64,000 nucleotides of DNA, taken from contig JBODTK010000132.1 in assembly GCA_050613775.1 (NCBI GenBank), positions 372,001 through 436,000 on the forward strand. The letters are read 5' to 3'. The translations under genes were made by a program, and so were the position numbers. The stretch is from Neocallimastix sp. 'constans'. Its lineage: Eukaryota. Below the pieces are notes generated by a model. It did not search any database and was not told the DNA's origin. It saw only the letters and a list, made by a program, of their open reading frames with translations. Shown one piece after another: positions 56,992 through 64,000 of this stretch. Position 1 is the first letter of the stretch. Every line of letters begins with the position of its first letter.

Positions 56992-57470
56992 TTTTGTTCT
57001 AAAATTATAATTTTAATAAGATATTTCATAAGATATTTCATCAAGTGATTATATCAATATACATACAAATTATATTAATAATTTAATAAAAAAATTCAAT
57101 ATTAGTATATTACTGTTGAATTAAATAAGTTAAGAAATAAATAAATAAATAAAAATAAAATTTATAATATTATTTAGTATTTCTTTTAAGATTACTCTAT
57201 TAGAAAATAATATGAATTTTTCATAATTAATATAAATTTCGTTTTAATGTAGCTTTTTATTAATATAACATTATGTTAAATATTTTTTAAACTATTAATA
57301 ACTCGACAATTACTTTCTCTAAAAATTAATATTTAATTTTTAATAAAATAATTGTTTATTCTAAAATTTCATTTTTTTTTTATTGCTTATTTAATTAATG
57401 AAAACAATTGTTTATGAATTATATTGAATGCTATATTCATTAATACTATGGAAGTAAAATATTTATTTCG

Positions 57471-57519
<49 letters not shown>

Positions 57520-58577
57520 GTATTCTTGTATTTTATTTAATTATATTGAATAACAAAGATAGCATTAAAATTTAAACTTCTATACTTCATAATTCCATTA
57601 ACATTATTTATTTTTATATTATTATTATTTTTTTCTTATTTATTCATAATATTGTATAAATGTTTCATGTTCCATAAACAATTAATGATTTTATTTTGAT
57701 TAAAGCAGGCACATTATTTTTCTTTTGATATAATATGTATATAATAATTATTATATGTTTACATTTAATTATTTATTTCTATTTGATTATTCAAAATATA
57801 TAATATTTAATAAAATTAATTTATTTTTTATTTATTTTGATTATGTACACATAAGTTTTTTAAATTTCCAAAATTCACGTCATCAAAATTTTAATTGATA
57901 TTCTACTATTTATTATTTGTATTTGGAATTGGAATAAATAAGTATTGTTTTTAAGAATAATATTTATTTTAAGAAATTCATAAATAAACAAATAAATAAT
58001 AATAAAAAAAAAAAAAAAAAAAAAGAAAATAAAATAAAATTAAAAATAAAAAAAATAAAATATATATATAAATATATATTTTTACTTTTTATTATTATTA
58101 TTATTATTTTTTTTTTGATTATTTATTTTTTATATTATTTTTCCACTGTCCTTTAATAATGTATTTGTTTTTGCTATTTGTTGTTTTTATTTTTATTTTT
58201 TCCCAATAATGTTGATTTAATAAATTAAATTTAAAGATTATTCTTATTAATAAAAAAAAAAAATAAATAAAATAAAAAAAAATAACTTTTTATTATAATT
58301 ATTATGAAATAAATAGTTTATTTGGTTTGAATATTAACCTTTATATTTACTCTATGTTCTTTTATAATAATTATATATTTATTTTAATTATTAATTTCGA
58401 TTTCAATTTTTAATAATTTTTTATTATTATTATTTTTTTTTAAAAAAATAATAATTAAAAAAAATATTAAAAGTGATTAATTCAATAATATAAAAACTTA
58501 AAATAAAAAGTCTAAATTGTTTAAAGGAAATAATTATAAGAAAAAGGATAAAGGAATTTATAATAATAATAATCCTT

Positions 58578-58611
<34 letters not shown>

Positions 58612-58751
58612 TATTATTTCCTCTTATATTTAAAAATATGAAAGAAATAAAAGTAGTATAATAATTAACTATTTTTATTATAATAATGATTTATTATTAT
58701 TTATTATTATTATTTTATTAATTAACTTAATTAATAATAATTGCACCTCCT

Positions 58752-58794
<43 letters not shown>

Positions 58795-60693
58795 ATTTAC
58801 ATATATATTGATATTAATCATTAAATTAGTTTTAATAAATTATATTTTATTGTAATAAATACAATAATCTTGATTTATATATATATATATTTTTTTAATA
58901 TTGATTTGAATCAAAATTTTTATGCCATATTTATTATATACAAAATATTATTTAAATAAAGTATTAACATATTATATATTATAATACATTATTGAATATA
59001 TTATTATATATAAATTATATTATTAATTTATTATGAATATAATTATATTATTAATAAAATTTTATAATATTTATAATTAATGATTTTTTATTATTATTTT
59101 ATTATTTATCACTTTTTTTTAATAATTTAGATACAAAAAAAAAAACGCTTTCCTTTTTAATATATAAAATGATATAAAAAATAATAAAAATTGATGATGA
59201 ATTTTTATCATTGGTAATTATTATCATGCATATTTCACAATAATAAATATTAAGTAATTAATATGGAAATCAATATTAATGAAAGCTTACTAACAAGAAA
59301 GTAATTAATATTATATATAAGAAATATATTAAATTTATAATTTTTAATAATCTAATTATATATTATATATACCTTTTTATTTATTTATTATTTATTAGTT
59401 ATTCTTTATTTTTTATTTTTTATTTTTTATTCTTTATTATTTATTATTTATTACTTATTATTTATAATTCAATTATGTATTATTTATTATTAATTATTAA
59501 TTATTTATTATTAATTATTAATTATTTATTATTTATTATATACTACTTATTATTTATTATTTATTATTAATTACCTATTATTGATTATTGATTATTGATT
59601 ATTCAATTATTTATTATTTATTATTCATTATTTTTTATTTATTATTATTTTGAAATAAAAATAGAACAAAAGATTTTTCTTTTTTATTTAAAATTTATGT
59701 ATATGGTATTTTTATAATTTATAATAATTTTTTAAAAATTTTATTTAATTTTTTGTTATAATTAAATTTTTATATTTTCATGTTTATATATATACATATA
59801 TATATATATATATTTTTTTTTGAATATGTATTGTTAAGCTTTTTATTGCTATTCAAGTGGAATAATTATTTTATTTTTATTATTTTTTTTTTTATTTTTA
59901 TTTTTTTAATGATTAATAATTAAAATAAAATAATTAGTCAATCCGTAAAAAGTTTAATACAAATAAAATAATTCTAAAAATAATAAATAAATAATAATAA
60001 AATAAAAGTCATAATAATAAATAATGAATAATAATATGAAGAAGAATAATAATGAATAATAATATGAAGAAGAATAATAATGAATAATATAATAATACTA
60101 ATGAATAATAGATAAATAATAAATAATAATAATAATTAATTATAATAGTTAACAATAATAATGAACAATAATAATAAATAATAAATAATAATAATAATTG
60201 AATATGTTATATATCTTTTTTAATTTTATTTTATTTTATTTATTTATTTATTTATTTTTTAATAATAAATATGTTTTATTGTTTTATATCTTCTAAAGCG
60301 TTATCCATTATTTAAATATTTTTTATCAATATAAAATAAAATAAAATAATATAACAAAAATTAAACCATTTATTATTTATTTTTTAAATTTTATTTCATT
60401 TTATTTATATATATTTTTTTATTTTTTTATTTTATTTTTTTAATTTTTTTTTTTTTTTATTTTTAATTTTTTTTTTATCTTATTTTTTATTTTTTATTTT
60501 TTTTTATTTTTTTATATTTTTATTTATATTTTTCAAATTTTTATTATTTCAAATTTTTATTATTTCAAATTTTTATTTCGTTATAAATTGTTTTTCTAAC
60601 TAATTGCTTAATTACTTAATTAATCAATTAATCAATCAATCAATTAATTAATTAATTAATTTTAAATATTTATATATATTCTGGTTTATTATG

Positions 60694-63600
60694 TTATGCC
60701 TCTATTACTTTTAGTTTTGATTCTCCATTATTATTTTCTAAATTGATTACATTATTAACTGAAGATTCATGAAGAGTAAGAGTTGGACTACTGAAATCTT
60801 CATCATCATCATTATTACTGTTATGTTTTAATAATTCTATACAACTACTGTTACTATCTCTATTTTTTATTTCTTTTAAAAGATCATCATTTTTTATTAT
60901 TATTTCATTATTGGATGAAGATGGACTTGCCATAGTAACAATAGTCATTGGTGATTCAAGTCTTTCATTTTTGGCTGTTTCTTCTTCATCATCATCTTCT
61001 TTTTCTTTTTCTTCATTCTCATTTTCATTTTCATTTTTCTTTTCTTCTTCATCTTCATTTTTCTTTTCTTTTTCTTCTTCATTTTCATCTTTCTTTTCTT
61101 CTTCCTTCTTTTCTTTATCATCCTTTATTTCATCATCCTTTTCTTCCTTCTTTTCTACCTCTTTTTCTTCTTCATTTATATTATTATTTAAATCATCTAA
61201 AATATTTTGACTAATAGAACTTTGATCAGAAGATGAATTAGAAGAAGATACATATAAAATACAAGTAGTTTCTGCTTCTTGCTGTAATACTGGACTTGGT
61301 TCAATTTCAACATATCTAACCATAGATGGACGCATGAAAACGTCTTTTTCAATTTCATCATTAACATCATAAGTTTCTCCAAGATTATTTATTGAATAAT
61401 TTACTTCTACTTTATGAATTTCTGGTATTTTCTCTTCTATATTGGTTAATCGATGAGTATGTTTAACCTTTGGTATATTAATATTTTCAAAAGAAATTAA
61501 GGATTGACCTTCCGCATAAATGGAATTATCATCATCTTCATTATGACTCATAAATGAAGTATTACTTTTAGTTATGGATGGATGATAACCGTTTCTACTC
61601 ATATGAGATAGATTTCCTATAGTATGATTGGTATTATTATTTCTTACAAAACTATGATCTAATGTTGATCTACCAATAGTTCCAACAATACTACTATTAA
61701 TTAAATTATTATCGTCATCAAAGGTTGATTCATGAGCATAACTATTATTATTTTCTACTTGATGACCATAGATTACATTTTTATCAGATGAAATACCTTG
61801 AGTTGTTTCCTTCAACCGATTAGTACGAAGTAAATTTTCATTTGATTTAATTGGAGTAATTTGAGAGATCGGAGAGTTAATAACGAAACTACTTGGTGAT
61901 TTTAAAATGGAATTTTGATCAAAACTAATATTATTACCATTATCATTATCATTACCATAATCATGACCATCACCATCTTGACTATTTAAACTTATGTAGC
62001 TACGTTTAACTTTAGCCTGATTATAATCAGAAACGGCAATATTATAATTATTAGTTCTGTTTCTGTTTTTATTACGACGATGAATGAAATTTTCCTTTAA
62101 TTGTTCCTTCTTATAATTTAAAAAGCCACCATTATTTAAATTTAAATTCATAAAAGTATTCGTAGGAGAAAGTGGACCTAATATATTGCTATTATTATTG
62201 CCATTTTCAGGATCATAAAGTCTTTGAATTTTAACCTTAGAAAGGTCATTAATATCAGCCTCACTTTCTAATCTTATTTGATCCCTTAAATGAACATATC
62301 TTGATTGTTTTGGTGAAGTAGTTTCATCTTCATCAATGTAAAAGCTACTGTCATGATTCTTTAATTCAGCAGGAATAATATTTACATTCCTATATCCATC
62401 ATTTTCGTAATTATTTTTAGCATTTGGGTAGAGACGACTTGCCTTAATAGTACTTTCACTAAAGGAAGATTCGTAATTACTTTGATCAATAACAGATTCA
62501 CTTTTATGACGACTATTATTAATAACTTGACCTTCCGGTATTTCACTTAAATAGGTATTCATTGAAGGTTGTACCTGTAATGGAATAGTTTTTTGGAAAT
62601 TATTATTTTGACTATTACTATGACTACGATTACGACTACGTTGAATGAGCTCAGAATTCATATTGCCAACAATTGCATCAACAGGGTTTTGAGAAGAAGT
62701 AAATGATGTATCTTGAAGATCAAGAGAACTTCTAGCTTTCACAGCAACATTAGAAATGTTACCCATATTATTACTAATCATACTATTTCTTAGTCCTGTA
62801 TTTGGTTTATTTATATTTCCACCTAAAAGGTTAACAGATTGATTATTAGAAGAAGAGAAACTATGATGACTTAATGCATCCAATATACTTTCAGCATTAT
62901 CAACAATAGAATCCACTTCTTCCATATTGTAATGATGCATTGTTTCTAAATCTTCAATACTAAAGCTTTTACCAACATGAATATTACCTATATTTAGAGC
63001 AGCATTTTGTTGACGTGGACTTAAATGACTACTATGAATATTTTCGATATTGAAACTCTTAGACATCGGTAACTTTTGATATATATTTGAATTAAAATAG
63101 CCACGTTCTTGTGGGGTTGAGTTCGTATAACTTACATGACTTCTATTACTTTGGAAAGAATTTTCATGTAAATTGAGTTGGGAATAATTATCATTAGTCA
63201 TTGGGATATTTTTTATATTACTGTTACGACCCATATTTCCTGGTTGAGGGGAAGCAATAATCGATGAGGATGCTTTAGAAGAAAGAACTGAAGGGGTGGC
63301 CACTCTTCCATTACTAGTAAGAGTAGGACTCATCATGTATTGTTTACGTTCTAATACATTTTGACCTCTATTTCTACGAACATCATTAATTTCAGTGTAA
63401 GAATAATTCACTAAAGATTTCACAGGAGGCATTAATTGTGAATCATTGGTAGCATTTGTAGAACTATAAGATATGCGTTGTAATGATGGATTTCCAATAT
63501 CATACGTAACATAATTGGAATTATTAATACTTATGTTATTAGAAAGATAACTTCTATTCAATGATTCTTGATCAACATTTTCCATCATAGAACGATTGGT

Positions 63601-63954
63601 TGTACTTGGATAATATGTAGCAGTTGGAACATCAATATTTTCATTAGAATTTTGTTTACTTCTTGAAGTATATGAGTTCAGGGTTGTTGATTTATCAGAT
63701 GTTTGAGAATATAATGATTTAAAAGCATTCAAATTATTTAGATTATTGTTATCATCACTAAAATTAAATGATTTCCTAACTTGATCATTTGATTTATTTA
63801 TTCCATCAGTAAATTTAATTTCACGACTTACTGTATTTGAACTCTTATTAAAATATTTACAACAGCAAATAAATAATATTATTAGAAGAATAACTACTAA
63901 TATTATTAAACCTATTACTATTAATTCCAGTGCTTTCCTTGATATTTCTATCAT
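60694..63954 (-). CDS. Hypothetical single-pass membrane protein with a long low-complexity tail
   Basis: Intronless 1086-aa ORF: N-terminal hydrophobic helix followed by CCCK, Ser/Asn-rich body, Glu/Lys-rich C-terminal tract; no recognisable domain. Confidence 0.75.
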   Translation of the reverse strand: MIEISRKALELIVIGLIILVVILLIILFICCCKYFNKSSNTVSREIKFTDGINKSNDQVRKSFNFSDDNNNLNNLNAFKSLYSQTSDKSTTLNSYTSRSKQNSNENIDVPTATYYPSTTNRSMMENVDQESLNRSYLSNNISINNSNYVTYDIGNPSLQRISYSSTNATNDSQLMPPVKSLVNYSYTEINDVRRNRGQNVLERKQYMMSPTLTSNGRVATPSVLSSKASSSIIASPQPGNMGRNSNIKNIPMTNDNYSQLNLHENSFQSNRSHVSYTNSTPQERGYFNSNIYQKLPMSKSFNIENIHSSHLSPRQQNAALNIGNIHVGKSFSIEDLETMHHYNMEEVDSIVDNAESILDALSHHSFSSSNNQSVNLLGGNINKPNTGLRNSMISNNMGNISNVAVKARSSLDLQDTSFTSSQNPVDAIVGNMNSELIQRSRNRSHSNSQNNNFQKTIPLQVQPSMNTYLSEIPEGQVINNSRHKSESVIDQSNYESSFSESTIKASRLYPNAKNNYENDGYRNVNIIPAELKNHDSSFYIDEDETTSPKQSRYVHLRDQIRLESEADINDLSKVKIQRLYDPENGNNNSNILGPLSPTNTFMNLNLNNGGFLNYKKEQLKENFIHRRNKNRNRTNNYNIAVSDYNQAKVKRSYISLNSQDGDGHDYGNDNDNGNNISFDQNSILKSPSSFVINSPISQITPIKSNENLLRTNRLKETTQGISSDKNVIYGHQVENNNSYAHESTFDDDNNLINSSIVGTIGRSTLDHSFVRNNNTNHTIGNLSHMSRNGYHPSITKSNTSFMSHNEDDDNSIYAEGQSLISFENINIPKVKHTHRLTNIEEKIPEIHKVEVNYSINNLGETYDVNDEIEKDVFMRPSMVRYVEIEPSPVLQQEAETTCILYVSSSNSSSDQSSISQNILDDLNNNINEEEKEVEKKEEKDDEIKDDKEKKEEEKKDENEEEKEKKNEDEEEKKNENENENEEKEKEDDDEEETAKNERLESPMTIVTMASPSSSNNEIIIKNDDLLKEIKNRDSNSSCIELLKHNSNNDDDEDFSSPTLTLHESSVNNVINLENNNGESKLKVIEA

Positions 63955-64000
63955 TTTTGAATTTGTATAGTATTTGTATATTTATATATAAATTAATGTG

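Overview
Extremely AT-rich, intron-containing eukaryotic DNA. Fungal dockerin-GH45, solute-binding-protein/7TM receptor and intronless PFL genes point to an anaerobic gut fungus (Neocallimastigomycota; inference). Host genes: an SBP-fused class C-like GPCR, a GT4 trehalose phosphorylase/synthase, tRNA-Gln(CTG), two near-identical head-to-head pyruvate formate-lyase genes, an 8-exon cellulosomal GH45, a 9-exon PKC1 and a single-TM orphan. The most notable content is three retroelements, each bounded by a target-site duplication (TSD). (1) An intact Ty3/gypsy element lies 18 bp upstream of the tRNA gene, has no chromodomain, and has a primer-binding site (PBS) complementary to its own LTR (Tf1-type self-priming). 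(2) An intact Ty1/copia element has TG..TA LTRs and a PBS matching the anticodon arm of tRNA-Lys(CUU) in the half-tRNA register. (3) A 448-bp tRNA-headed, hairpin-rich, T-tailed SINE carries a 14-16 bp TSD. There are also two diverged relics of an unidentified coding element. All calls were made by eye; no searches or folding were run.
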